From assembly GCA_964464975.1 (NCBI GenBank), contig CAYXKV010000002.1:1-58404 (forward strand): a DNA stretch of 58,404 bases, read 5' to 3'. The translations under genes were made by a program, and so were the position numbers. Of this stretch, positions 33,844 through 43,960 are shown piece after piece. A model generated the notes under the pieces. It had not been told where the DNA came from. It was given only the letters and a program-made list of their open reading frames with translations, and made no database searches. Source of the DNA: an uncultured Candidatus Saccharibacteria bacterium (GTDB lineage: Bacteria; Patescibacteriota; Minisyncoccia; Phycocordibacterales; WO2-35-19). Every line of letters starts with the position of its first letter. Position 1 is the first letter of the stretch.

Positions 33844-34549
33844 GGCTAAAAAGGTAAGTGTGGTTATACCCACATATAATGAGGCACAGAGCATCAAGAG
33901 TGTGATTGAAGGTTTTTTTGAAACCGGTTTTGTGGATGAGGTAGTGGTGGTTGATAATAACGCCTTAGGTAATACAAAAGAAGAAGTTCGGAAAACCAAG
34001 GCCCGTTTAGTCCATGAACAAAAACAAGGTTATGGCCACGCTTTGATGAGGGGTCTAGATGAAGCCGAAGGAGATCTTATCGTAATGTGTGAGGCGGACG
34101 GCACTTTTAGACCAGTCGACATTGAAAAATTTTTGTCATACAGCAGAGATTTTGAGGCGGTTCTAGGCACTCGCACATCGAGGGCGGCAATTTATTCCGG
34201 AGCTTTCATGCCTTTTCCGGTCCGCTTCGGCAACTGGCTTTGGGCAAAACTCATAGAGGTTTTATTCAATGGTCCGGTACTAACTGACGTAGGCTGTACC
34301 TACAAACTAGTGAACCGAAAGCTCCTTAAGGAAATAAAAAAGTACTTCAAGTATTCAAAAGGAGATGGAACTTTTTCGCCGGAATTTATGATATGGCTTC
34401 TCAAAAAAAATAAAAAAATTATAGAAATTCCCGTTATTTATGAAAAGAGAGTTGGGGAATCTGGCTATACAGGCAGCACCTGGAAAGCGGCAAAGCTAGG
34501 GTTTAAAATGTTGCTGGTTATTATTAGATATTTTTTCAAAAAAATTTAA
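33836..34549 (+). CDS. Glycosyltransferase family 2 (polyprenol-phosphate glycosyltransferase, DPM1-like)
   Basis: 237 aa. VSVVIPTYNEAQSI and MCEADGTF (DxD-like) motifs. Confidence 0.85.
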   Translation: MYKAKKVSVVIPTYNEAQSIKSVIEGFFETGFVDEVVVVDNNALGNTKEEVRKTKARLVHEQKQGYGHALMRGLDEAEGDLIVMCEADGTFRPVDIEKFLSYSRDFEAVLGTRTSRAAIYSGAFMPFPVRFGNWLWAKLIEVLFNGPVLTDVGCTYKLVNRKLLKEIKKYFKYSKGDGTFSPEFMIWLLKKNKKIIEIPVIYEKRVGESGYTGSTWKAAKLGFKMLLVIIRYFFKKI

Positions 34550-34550
34550 C

Positions 34551-35201
34551 ATGAAAGACCCATACTATTCATCAAGATACACTTTTGATCCCGAAAGAAG
34601 TATAGTCTGGAGGGAAATCGTCAAATTTGAATCAAGATTTTTCCCGAGGAACGCTGTTGTCGTAGATTTGGGGGCGGGATATTGCGACTTCATAAATAAC
34701 GTAAAAGCGGATAAGAAATATGCCGTGGACACTTCTTCTGAATTACAAAGCTATGCCGGAAAAGATGTATTGAGAATAAATCAGCCGGCATGGAATCTTT
34801 TTGAAATCCAGGCTAATACGGTTGATGTTGTGCATGCGAGCAATCTTTTTGAGCATTTTACCGAAGAGGAGCTCGATAAAACAATGAAAGAAGTAAAGAG
34901 GGTTCTAAAAAAAGGCGGCAAGTTGATATTGATGCAGCCCAATTATAGGCTTGCGTCAAAAAATTATTTTGACGACCCGACGCACAAAAAAGTTTTTAGC
35001 GATGCGGCACTGGAAAGCTTTTTGCTCTCTTATGGAATGAAAATACTTTTGAAAATGTCGAGATTTTTGCCATTTTCAATGAAGTCTAATTCATCAATGA
35101 TCCCAAATTTCCTATTGCCCCTCCTCGTTCGCGCGTACATCCATTCTCCATTCAAACCGTTCGCCGGCCAGATGCTTTTTATAGCTCAAAAAAATGATTA
35201 A
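34551..35201 (+). CDS. Class I SAM-dependent methyltransferase
   Basis: 216 aa. Motif I VVDLGAGYCDF and post-I/II motifs. Confidence 0.75.
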   Translation: MKDPYYSSRYTFDPERSIVWREIVKFESRFFPRNAVVVDLGAGYCDFINNVKADKKYAVDTSSELQSYAGKDVLRINQPAWNLFEIQANTVDVVHASNLFEHFTEEELDKTMKEVKRVLKKGGKLILMQPNYRLASKNYFDDPTHKKVFSDAALESFLLSYGMKILLKMSRFLPFSMKSNSSMIPNFLLPLLVRAYIHSPFKPFAGQMLFIAQKND

Positions 35202-36858
35202 AAAGCTCGCAAAAAAAGAAATAATTATATTAATTGCAATTGCAGTTTTGTTTGTAGTTTTGCATATACCGGCTCTTAACCACCCGTATCACCAGGATGA
35301 ATATAAGTGGCCGATTATTGTTAATCCGGAGCTGACAGAGCCGGGTGGGATTCCACATCCTCCGGTAGGCGAGTTTATTTACAGGCAGGCGGGATTTTTG
35401 GTGGGGTATGATAACTTCAGGCTTGTTCCATTCGTATTTGGTCTCGCAAATCTTTTTCTCATTTTCTACCTCTCAAAAGAAATTGCAGGCACAAAGGCCG
35501 CTTTGTGGACTGCAGGGATTTTTACTCTCTCATTTTATTCTCTCCTTGCTTCGCTTATGGTTGATACCGATGGCGCAATACTGCCTTTTTTCTTTCTAAT
35601 CGCGACAATCGCATACGTTAAGTTAAAAAAGACAGACTTCCAGCTTCAAGCTTCCCCGTTTTTTATCAGGCGGTCTGTGATCCTAGTTGTGGCAGCTATT
35701 CTCGGTTTCCTAACTAAAGCAAGTTTTGTAATCGGTATTGCCGCCTTGGCTTTTGATTTCGCAATTGAGAAAAACATTTTTTCAGACAAGAAAAAGATTT
35801 TTCAGTATATTATTTTTGGGATAGGTGGCATACTGTTTTTGGGCATAATTCTCTGGGCATCGAAATTATTTTTTCCTTATTTTAAATTGGAGTTTTCTCT
35901 AGGTTATTGGAGACATTTTTTCAAATTTGCGGATAGGGGATGGTTCCAGACTTTTATCCAGTTTGCAAAGGTCTTCCTTTATAGCTCGCCGTTGCTCATA
36001 CTGCCTACGGTTTTGATCGACCGTGAAATATTCAGAAGAACAAAATTATTTTTTCTTTTTATTTTTATCGGGTTGTTCTTCTACCTTTTTGCTTTCGATT
36101 TCTCAACCGGAGCCCTAGACAGGTATTTTCAATTTTTGATCGTGCCGCTATGCTTGATTACCGGAACTGTAATAAGCAGATTTAAGATTGAAGATATAGA
36201 ATTTAAGAATTATATACTACCGATAATTATTGCCGTTACCATTTTCTTCCTCCAATTCTTCAATCACTTTGCGCCTTCTCTTTATCCTAAAACAGATTGG
36301 ATCGAAAGGATTTATGGTTTAAGGTGGAATTTTCTTTTCCCGTTTAGCGGAGGTTCGGGCCCGACGGGATTTTATATTTCCTTTGCTTTTATGGGTCTTA
36401 TTTGGGTTTGTGCGCTGATTTTTGCAGCTTACGGTTTATCAAAACAGGCAAAGGGGCAGGCTCTCGCGGCTATACTTATACTTGGTCTGATGTACAATGC
36501 AGTCTTTATCGAGGAATATCTTTTTGGCAGAATTAACGGCAGCGTAAACAAGCTTTTCGCTTTAACCAAAGCAGAGATAAAAAGCAATCTAGAAATTAAA
36601 AAAGTTGTAGTATATAACGACATAGGCGGTTATGAGATTCAAAAGTTGGGAAAATACGAGCGAAGGCTTTACGCAGCTCCGCAGTTTGAGGACACTTATA
36701 GGGGGTTTTTTGGCGATTTTAGCGGCCATGTTCTATATATTGACATTCCAAAAATTTATGAAAAAAGTGTTTACTTTGATTATATGAGTAAGTGCAAAAA
36801 TATATTAAAACAGAGTGATCAATATATCACAGCTAAAATTTTAGATTGCGGCAAATGA
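35194..36858 (+). CDS. GT-C membrane glycosyltransferase (ArnT/PMT_2-like)
   Basis: 554 aa, more than 10 TM helices. N-terminal loop HQDEYKW...GIPHPPVGEFIY. Confidence 0.7.
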   Translation: MIKKLAKKEIIILIAIAVLFVVLHIPALNHPYHQDEYKWPIIVNPELTEPGGIPHPPVGEFIYRQAGFLVGYDNFRLVPFVFGLANLFLIFYLSKEIAGTKAALWTAGIFTLSFYSLLASLMVDTDGAILPFFFLIATIAYVKLKKTDFQLQASPFFIRRSVILVVAAILGFLTKASFVIGIAALAFDFAIEKNIFSDKKKIFQYIIFGIGGILFLGIILWASKLFFPYFKLEFSLGYWRHFFKFADRGWFQTFIQFAKVFLYSSPLLILPTVLIDREIFRRTKLFFLFIFIGLFFYLFAFDFSTGALDRYFQFLIVPLCLITGTVISRFKIEDIEFKNYILPIIIAVTIFFLQFFNHFAPSLYPKTDWIERIYGLRWNFLFPFSGGSGPTGFYISFAFMGLIWVCALIFAAYGLSKQAKGQALAAILILGLMYNAVFIEEYLFGRINGSVNKLFALTKAEIKSNLEIKKVVVYNDIGGYEIQKLGKYERRLYAAPQFEDTYRGFFGDFSGHVLYIDIPKIYEKSVYFDYMSKCKNILKQSDQYITAKILDCGK

Positions 36859-37898
36859 AAATACTATATTTTGGAACGTACAACTCCGAATGGGGTAGAA
36901 GCAGGTCCTATATTAGGGGGTTAATCGAGAATGGAGTCGAAATACTTGAGTGTCATGATGATTCTCCCAGTTTCAGAAAATATTGGAAACTATGGGTCAA
37001 GCATAGGAAATTTAAAAATTATGATTTTTTAATGATCGGATATCCGGGGCATTCCGTGGTATGGTTTGCAAAACTTTTATCAAAAAAACCAGTAATTTTT
37101 GACGCTGGCTGGACTATGGAAGAAGGTGTAATCACATCAAGAAGACAGCATAAATCCTGGAGCATCAGGGGTATGTATATCAAATTTGTCGATTGGATGG
37201 CAGTCAAGTGTGCGGATAAAGTATTGGTAGAGAGTGAAGAGCAAAGAAGGTATTTTGAAAAAAAGTTCGGTAAAAACGAGAAATACTATGCAGCCTATTC
37301 TGGGGCTGACGATTCTGTTTTTTATATGGACCAAGCTTGCAAAAAAAAAAGCAAATTTACGGTGCTTTTCAGGGGCAAATTTTTGCCTGAAGCCGGAGTA
37401 ACGTACGTGTTGGATGCCGCGAAGCTTCTCGAGAACAAAGACATTGATTTTATTATCATCGGAAACGGCTGGCTCGAGAGGGAAATACGGATAAAAATAA
37501 AGGATTTAAAATTAGCAAATTTGGATTTGATTTCGGAAAATTTGAGCTACGAGGAATTGAGAAATAAGATGAGCGAGTGCCATGTCTCTTTGGGGCAGCT
37601 TGAAGAGCATGAGAGATTAAAGCGCACTATACCGCATAAATGTTACGAATCGCTGGCTTTAGGTTTGCCTTATATCACGGCGCGTACCAAACCGGTGTCT
37701 GAAATACTTGAGGACGGAAAGGAGTCTTTGTTTGTAAACCCTGCTGACCCGCAGGACTTGGCCGATAAAATTTTGATGTTAAAAAATAGTCCAGACTTAG
37801 CCAAAAAAATAGGGGAAAATGGATACAAATTGTATAAGCAGAAATTTACTCCAAAGATTCTTGCTTCACAAATCCTTAAAATTATTCAGGATAAATAA
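36846..37898 (+). CDS. Glycosyltransferase (GT-B, group 1-like)
   Basis: 350 aa. C-terminal RTIPHKCYESLALGLPYITARTKPVSEIL. Contains an A10 tract. Its 3' end overlaps the convergent gene by 33 nt. Confidence 0.7.
   Translation: MRQMKILYFGTYNSEWGRSRSYIRGLIENGVEILECHDDSPSFRKYWKLWVKHRKFKNYDFLMIGYPGHSVVWFAKLLSKKPVIFDAGWTMEEGVITSRRQHKSWSIRGMYIKFVDWMAVKCADKVLVESEEQRRYFEKKFGKNEKYYAAYSGADDSVFYMDQACKKKSKFTVLFRGKFLPEAGVTYVLDAAKLLENKDIDFIIIGNGWLEREIRIKIKDLKLANLDLISENLSYEELRNKMSECHVSLGQLEEHERLKRTIPHKCYESLALGLPYITARTKPVSEILEDGKESLFVNPADPQDLADKILMLKNSPDLAKKIGENGYKLYKQKFTPKILASQILKIIQDK
37341..37350 (+). repeat. A10 homopolymer inside a glycosyltransferase coding sequence
   Basis: TGC AAA AAA AAA AGC, encoding CKKKS. 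Confidence 0.9.
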
Positions 37899-38576
37899 TG
37901 AGTCTTCTGAAATGATGCTTGCCGTGTGGCTGTCAATTTTTTGCTCTAAACTACCGCAATATTCAAAATCCAACTCTCTTAATTTTTGATACAAATCATC
38001 AAAACTCGGCTGGTCACTGTAAAGCTCTGCGAAAGATACCTCGATTATCACGGCTTTGGCTTCCCTAAAAGTCTTTTCTCCTCCTTTAATAACCCTATCT
38101 TCAAATCCTTGCACGTCTACCTTGATGAGAATTTCTTTGTCCAAATTTAAATCTTTTGCTACTTCGTCTAATTTTTTTACCATTATTCTTTCAGCAATGT
38201 GCTCTTTTGTGTGGGGGAAAAGGGATTTGTGCACTTCTGACATCTCTAAAATGGATGAGCTTGGAGAGTAGGCGCTTTTATTCATAACTATACCCTCATT
38301 TTTATCGCCTAACGCAAAATTGAAAGACTTAAAATTTTTATCGTTTAGCATTAAAGAATTCAGCTTGTCAAAGCACTCCTTAAGTGGTTCAAAAGAATAA
38401 ATTTTTGCTTCCGGCAACAAACGCCTTATCTCTTTTGAAAATTGGCCAACATTAGCTCCTATATCTAAAACGGTCCTTATCCCAAGGCTTCTCCAAAGTC
38501 GGCTTCTGTCGGGACTCGACCTATATCTATGAAAGTCAAATCCAGTTTTTTGTAATATTTTACGGATTTTATTCAT
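37866..38576 (-). CDS. FkbM-family methyltransferase
   Basis: 236 aa. VLDIGANVGQFSKEI...IYSFEPLKECFDKL. Confidence 0.8.
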   Translation of the reverse strand: MNKIRKILQKTGFDFHRYRSSPDRSRLWRSLGIRTVLDIGANVGQFSKEIRRLLPEAKIYSFEPLKECFDKLNSLMLNDKNFKSFNFALGDKNEGIVMNKSAYSPSSSILEMSEVHKSLFPHTKEHIAERIMVKKLDEVAKDLNLDKEILIKVDVQGFEDRVIKGGEKTFREAKAVIIEVSFAELYSDQPSFDDLYQKLRELDFEYCGSLEQKIDSHTASIISEDSLFILNNFKDL

Positions 38577-38632
38577 TATTTTTATTTATTAAGATGCTGG
38601 TACTATTATACTTTTTATTTTATCAATGGTTA

Positions 38633-39523
38633 TCAAGTAAATTTTTTTGGCAACTTAACCAACCTATCAAGAAAAATTAATAAATAACTTCCATATGCTT
38701 TGGTGAGTATTGAAAGTTTTCTCGGCCAAGAACAAGATGAACCTATCAATACTTTGAACTGATCAAATCTTAATTTGTAAGAATGTTTTAGAAGGATAAA
38801 CCTTCTTAGGATTTCAGGTTTTGATCTAAGCATATTCATTTCTCTATGATAGGCCGATTGGTCATGCCTTCTATATTTTCTTAGAACTGTAGGTATTGAT
38901 ACTACTTCTCCAGTCACTGCTATACGGCATAAAAGAGGCACCTCGGATGCTTTTACTAGTGTTTTTGGCCATGGCATTGTATCGTATATGCTCTTTAGAT
39001 GACTGCTTTTAAACAGTCCGTAGAGACACATAGCAACATGTGAGCGTGGGTCTCTAAAAAACTCATGCATCCTTACATGCCAAGGCGTATACTCTCTAAT
39101 TTTGTCTAAATAGGCAATTCCTGTTGTTTGGCCGTCTTTATCAATTAACTCAATATCGCAAGCAATTAATATACACTGGTTGTGAATTACGGCGTATTTG
39201 TATGTTGTTTCTAAAAAAGAGGGTAACATTACGTCATCTTGGGAAAGAAAAGTTGTGTACTCTCCTTGACATACTGACAGTAAAAAATTGTTATTCCAGA
39301 ATCCTCCGCGGTTTACATTGTGTCGTATGTAAAGCACTCGGGGATCTTTTGAAGCATATTCTCTGCAAATTGCTTCTGTGCCATCGCTTGAACCATCATC
39401 CGATATAATCAGCTCGAATTCACCAAGCGTCTGGGCAAGCACCGAATCTATTGCTTCTCTAATGTATTGTTCGCCGTTATACGCCGCAAGGCAAATACTT
39501 ATTGGAACCAGGTTCTTTTTCAT
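38633..39523 (-). CDS. Glycosyltransferase family 2
   Basis: 296 aa. ISICLAAYNGEQYIREAIDSVLAQT...LIISDDGSSDGT. Confidence 0.85.
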   Translation of the reverse strand: MKKNLVPISICLAAYNGEQYIREAIDSVLAQTLGEFELIISDDGSSDGTEAICREYASKDPRVLYIRHNVNRGGFWNNNFLLSVCQGEYTTFLSQDDVMLPSFLETTYKYAVIHNQCILIACDIELIDKDGQTTGIAYLDKIREYTPWHVRMHEFFRDPRSHVAMCLYGLFKSSHLKSIYDTMPWPKTLVKASEVPLLCRIAVTGEVVSIPTVLRKYRRHDQSAYHREMNMLRSKPEILRRFILLKHSYKLRFDQFKVLIGSSCSWPRKLSILTKAYGSYLLIFLDRLVKLPKKFT

Positions 39524-39563
39524 AATAACTAAGTCTCTTGACTTTACTGGGCAAAGATCAACT

Positions 39564-40916
39564 TCATCTCATAATTTTACTCCAAAATGAAAGGTAATCA
39601 TCATCCGGGAAATAAAAACTGTAATTATGCACTGTGCCTTTTGTTTTTGATTGCCATGCAGGCGATTTACCTAGCCTTATTATCTGCAACAAAGCCTCAT
39701 TTCTTTCTTTTTTTGACTCAGCTTTACATGATATGTCAAAGAATTTTCCGTATCTACCGAGAGATTCCAGAAAAACGTCTTTTGGTGAAATTATATTATT
39801 ATGGAAGGAAAAATTCCATTTTCTCGGAGTTTTTTGAAGTTCAAGAATTTCCTCAAAAATTTTCTCCCAATCACTGATAGCTTTATCAACGGAAAATATT
39901 TCCCTTGCATATTTTGTGGCTTTTCTTGATAAGGATTTCCTTAGGTTGGGGTCCTTATATAGTGTATGTATGGCATCAACATATTCATTTTCGTTTTCTG
40001 CAACAATGCCGGACAGATTGTGCCTTACCATAAATTTCTCCATTCTATTGCCAAGAACGACAGGAACAACGCCCGCTGCCATACTCTCTATTAAAGCTTG
40101 ATCACATGCACCATAATGTCGCGGAGACAAGGGGTAACCAAATACATCAAAAATACTCAAATAATTATTTATGTCAGCAACCTGTCCTGTAAAATTGAAC
40201 TTATCATCAATACCCATGAGCCGAGCTTCTCTTGCAAGCCATTTCTCGTAGGGTCCACCGCAGACAATAAATTTTGTTTTTGGTACTTTTATCCTTTTAC
40301 AGATGTTAAGAAAATTTGGGTGAGTTTTTGCATAGTCAACGGTTCCGATGTAGCCTACATTAAAATCCTCATGTTTTTGGGGGGTAATAAATTCAACATG
40401 ACCGACTCCGCCGGTCGCAAGTACGATCCTTAATTTTCTTTTCTTTTCCTTAGGCAACTTTTTGACCTCCTTTGTTTCCAGACTGATCGGGGTAGTAAAA
40501 ACAAAAATATCGGGATAATCTAAAATCTTTTCAGTAAAAACATGAGGTGGATGAAAGCCTGCAACATGACTCCATATTATTATCCGACTTTCAGGCAAGC
40601 TGTTGCGCACCAAAAAATCATACATCAATGGATGGTTCCACCAATGTATTAAGACTATATCGCTGTTTTCGATTTTATCAATTACCATTCTATGGTTTGA
40701 CGATGAATTATCCATGTATGAAAAGCCTATTTCTTTCTGTAGTAACAATGCTTTTTCCTCTGTGTATCCAAGCGCTAACACCTCATGTAAAAAATTACTT
40801 TTTATTCGGGCTTCTCTGAGGAAATTTAAAAGAACCGTGCCGACTCCTCCACCCAAATGGGTTGTCAGATGAAGCACCTTCTTTTGTTTAATACTAGAGT
40901 TTTGCATGAATATCAA
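39564..40916 (-). CDS. Glycosyltransferase (GT-B, GT4-like) with a C-terminal extension
   Basis: 450 aa. N-terminal LHLTTHLGGGVGTVL. YPLSPRHYGACDQALIESMAAGVVPVV. Confidence 0.65.
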   Translation of the reverse strand: MIFMQNSSIKQKKVLHLTTHLGGGVGTVLLNFLREARIKSNFLHEVLALGYTEEKALLLQKEIGFSYMDNSSSNHRMVIDKIENSDIVLIHWWNHPLMYDFLVRNSLPESRIIIWSHVAGFHPPHVFTEKILDYPDIFVFTTPISLETKEVKKLPKEKKRKLRIVLATGGVGHVEFITPQKHEDFNVGYIGTVDYAKTHPNFLNICKRIKVPKTKFIVCGGPYEKWLAREARLMGIDDKFNFTGQVADINNYLSIFDVFGYPLSPRHYGACDQALIESMAAGVVPVVLGNRMEKFMVRHNLSGIVAENENEYVDAIHTLYKDPNLRKSLSRKATKYAREIFSVDKAISDWEKIFEEILELQKTPRKWNFSFHNNIISPKDVFLESLGRYGKFFDISCKAESKKERNEALLQIIRLGKSPAWQSKTKGTVHNYSFYFPDDDYLSFWSKIMR

Positions 40917-41637
40917 GCCATCCCAAAGCTAGTTCCTGGTTATCAATAACTTTAAGCTCTTTATATTTCATGTATCTTGACAGAGCCTCATTGAAATCAA
41001 GCCAACGATCTTTCGACAAATAATTTCCAAAAAAACCGGATGAATATTTTGTAAATTTATAATCACCGCATCTTATCGGATTGTTTTGCTGGTTTACCAG
41101 CTGAAATTTTTTGTAACCGGACACATAAAGCCACGAAAAAACTGCCATATACGTTTGTTTGGATGTTTCAAAAGAAATATATTCGGGTTTTTGCTTCAAA
41201 GAATAAAGCTCTTTGGCCACCAAAATATCAGATCCCTCAATATCAACTTTAACATAAAATGGAGTTCCAAATTGCCTGCATAACCCTCTAAATGAAACTG
41301 TGTCGACGACAATCTTTCTGGATTTGGATCCGTCAATTTCAGCAAGCTTTTTGTTGCAGCTACTCCAGTCAGGTTTTGTGGGATGGATATAAAAACTAAC
41401 TTTTTCCTTAACGTCAGAAATAGCCATGTTGAGTAACACAAGTTTTTTCGCAGAAATATATTTTTCAAACCTCACTTTCCCTTCGGCAACCAAATCAGGG
41501 TTTGCCTCGACTGCAATTACTCGGAATCCTTTACTTAGGTAATAATCGGTATCATCTCCATTGTGAAAACCCAGATCAAAAACTAATTTTTTATTTTTTA
41601 TTTTTGTTTTACTTGTTTCTTTCATTTGGAATTGCAT
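40894..41637 (-). CDS. FkbM-family methyltransferase
   Basis: 247 aa. VFDLGFHNGDDTDYYLSKGFRVIAVEANPDL. Confidence 0.75.
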   Translation of the reverse strand: MQFQMKETSKTKIKNKKLVFDLGFHNGDDTDYYLSKGFRVIAVEANPDLVAEGKVRFEKYISAKKLVLLNMAISDVKEKVSFYIHPTKPDWSSCNKKLAEIDGSKSRKIVVDTVSFRGLCRQFGTPFYVKVDIEGSDILVAKELYSLKQKPEYISFETSKQTYMAVFSWLYVSGYKKFQLVNQQNNPIRCGDYKFTKYSSGFFGNYLSKDRWLDFNEALSRYMKYKELKVIDNQELALGWLDIHAKL

Positions 41638-42805
41638 AGAGTATAACGCCTGTGCCGGCCCAAGAGTGGGTCCTGATGAGATATCTGTATTTGTTAGTAA
41701 TGCTCATAAGCAGTAATGGTATTTTAAAGACCCCATCAGAATTGTGATATAAAGTCACTGCAATAATTGGCCTAAACTTCCTTATTGTTTTTGTTGCTCC
41801 CCTTAAAGCGTCTAATTCGCCTCCCTCAAGATGCATTTTGATAAAGGTGGCGGGTATTTTCATACTATCCAAGGTTGATACTTTTGTCTTCGTATTACCA
41901 ATCTTACTCAGTTTTGAAGCAAAGCCGAAACCCTCGTGAAATTTTCTAATACCGTATTTAGATCCTAAAGAAAGCTTAAATAATTTCGTTCTGACTGTCT
42001 TTGAAAACTCTTTTTTAACCCTTGAAAAATTTATTTTATCCGGTTCTATTATATACATATTACGGTACCTATTTTTTACTATACCAACAAATTTCTTGCT
42101 TACGGACCCAACATGAGCTCCGCAATCAACAAAAACTTCGCTGTCATTTAAAACGCTTAATACCTCGGGAATAAAAAAACGATTATCTGTTCTTACATTT
42201 GCCAATTCTGAGAGCAATTCAATGCGCATTTTTCTCCACGCGATAAATCTAGTGTAATGAATACGCGAGATCTGATCGCCCACTTTTGAGAAGACCTGGA
42301 AAATATTTTTCTTTTCTTTTGCGCTTAAACCTCCTAAAACCCAGCCGTTATTAAGCGGATACATATTTGCATAAGCTTGGCTCAGATCATAAAAAAATAC
42401 GATATCTTTCCAGCCTTCATTCATAAGATTATCGCGAATTTTTATAAGCCGGGAATTAACAATACAAACGACAAGCATGGATTTTTGTTTATCCTCATTT
42501 CTTACGTCTAAGGGGTGAACCACATCAGCTCTATTTATTTTTTTATTTGCCTTGATGCGTTTTGCATAGATATCGACTGTATACAAGTATGGTAAATTTA
42601 AATAGTCAAAAAAACTTTTTGCCATCCTCCCGAGGTTTCCTGCGCCGTAAAGTATGATGGGTTTGTTAACTTTTCTTGTGTAAAGTTTCGGCCCTGTCCT
42701 AAGTAATTTTTCTAAAAGAATATGCGCACTACGAGCCGACTCGGTTTTAATGGAGGTATATGGTTTGAGTGTGGATTTTGTTTTCATAGCTATGGCTAAC
42801 AACAA
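41609..42805 (-). CDS. FkbM-family methyltransferase with an N-terminal Rossmann-like extension
   Basis: 398 aa. ILYGAGNLGRMAKSF in the N-terminal part. FVDCGAHVGSVSKKF...IIEPDKINF methyltransferase core. The start is probably the internal ATG (MKTKSTLKPY). Confidence 0.7.
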   Translation of the reverse strand: MLLAIAMKTKSTLKPYTSIKTESARSAHILLEKLLRTGPKLYTRKVNKPIILYGAGNLGRMAKSFFDYLNLPYLYTVDIYAKRIKANKKINRADVVHPLDVRNEDKQKSMLVVCIVNSRLIKIRDNLMNEGWKDIVFFYDLSQAYANMYPLNNGWVLGGLSAKEKKNIFQVFSKVGDQISRIHYTRFIAWRKMRIELLSELANVRTDNRFFIPEVLSVLNDSEVFVDCGAHVGSVSKKFVGIVKNRYRNMYIIEPDKINFSRVKKEFSKTVRTKLFKLSLGSKYGIRKFHEGFGFASKLSKIGNTKTKVSTLDSMKIPATFIKMHLEGGELDALRGATKTIRKFRPIIAVTLYHNSDGVFKIPLLLMSITNKYRYLIRTHSWAGTGVILYAIPNERNK

Positions 42806-42821
42806 GACTACAAGAGTTGTA

Positions 42822-42851
42822 CTAAAAAGGAAAGGCGACCTTGTGGTCGCC
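42822..42851 (-). terminator. Rho-independent terminator (minus strand) after the radical SAM gene
   Basis: GGCGACC (42834-42840) TTGT GGTCGCC (42845-42851). On the minus strand it is followed by TTTCCTTTTT. Confidence 0.65.
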
Positions 42852-42884
42852 CCAAGGACGCCAGTTTTTGGCAGTCCACTTCAA

Positions 42885-43907
42885 TTATTGGCGGATTTGC
42901 ACCAACCTTGAAAGAAGAGTTTCCCTGTAGAAGTCAATATTGTCAGGCATCCCACGTCGAAGCTGATCGCAATTCCAACAAGTGGGGTGCGAATTACGCT
43001 CGCCCCGGAGCATCAGTAGTTGATGGGCTCGCATGCGGGCGCCGTTCCATATGTCAGGAACGCTTTCAGTCTTGACGTCGCCGATTATAAGGTTTCTCTG
43101 CCAGTCCAAAAAGCATGCACTTGCCATGCCGGACGAATTGATCGAAAAGGAGTAGAATATATAGGGGCACACCAGCACTTCATTGATAGGCTGCCCATAG
43201 ATACCTACTAACGGATTTGCTGTGACTCCGTGGCTTTCAATGTCAAAATCAGGCCAACAAGACATGATGTGCTCAACGAAAATCTCATCACATATGTCTC
43301 CGAAAGTTTCGTAGAACATCCTCCTGTTGTCATCGGAGATTGCATCCCCGTTTATCTTAATGAGAATCTTGCATTTACCGCGAATCTCGTGGAGGTATCT
43401 AATGTTCTCTACGAGCTTTTCGAAGCTGACATCGCGACCAGAAAATTTCTGATACTGGTCTTTGCTCATCCCATAGATAGAGATGTTCATTCGATCCAGC
43501 CCGGCTCTAATTATTCCGTCAGCCTTCTCTTTATTGAGCAGAACTGCATTTGTAGTGGTGTCAACAACCTGGCAACAGCCGCTATCCTTCGCGCACTTAA
43601 CCATGTTTGCAAAGTGCGGGTTGGAAAGAGGTTCACCGTCTTTGTAGAGACGAAGGACCTTTATGGGTCTGGGGAACGTGCAAATGTCACTCACGATTTT
43701 CCTGAAGAGATCAAGCCCCATGGGCCCGTGATTGCGGCCAGGAGTTTCCCTCATAAGTTCGTGGTCTCCCGTAGGGCAAAACCTGCAAAGCAGGTTGCAT
43801 TTGTCAGACGGATCAACGTTGATGATAAATGGCACAGCAAGAGGTATGTGTTCCTGCAATGCTGGCCTATTTTCAAGTTGAATTCTCGGCTTGATATTAG
43901 CCTTCAC
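42885..43907 (-). CDS. Radical SAM enzyme with a partial SPASM/twitch C-terminal domain
   Basis: 340 aa. CNLLCRFCP (C-x3-C-x2-C). C-terminal C-x12-G-x4-C (CPYIFYSFSINSSGMASAC) and CWNC. GTG start preceded by AAAGGAG. Confidence 0.8.
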   Translation of the reverse strand: MKANIKPRIQLENRPALQEHIPLAVPFIINVDPSDKCNLLCRFCPTGDHELMRETPGRNHGPMGLDLFRKIVSDICTFPRPIKVLRLYKDGEPLSNPHFANMVKCAKDSGCCQVVDTTTNAVLLNKEKADGIIRAGLDRMNISIYGMSKDQYQKFSGRDVSFEKLVENIRYLHEIRGKCKILIKINGDAISDDNRRMFYETFGDICDEIFVEHIMSCWPDFDIESHGVTANPLVGIYGQPINEVLVCPYIFYSFSINSSGMASACFLDWQRNLIIGDVKTESVPDIWNGARMRAHQLLMLRGERNSHPTCWNCDQLRRGMPDNIDFYRETLLSRLVQIRQ

Positions 43908-43960
43908 TTCTTTTCTCCTTTAAAAGGACATCCAATTAGAGATTGTTCTAGAAATCGGAT

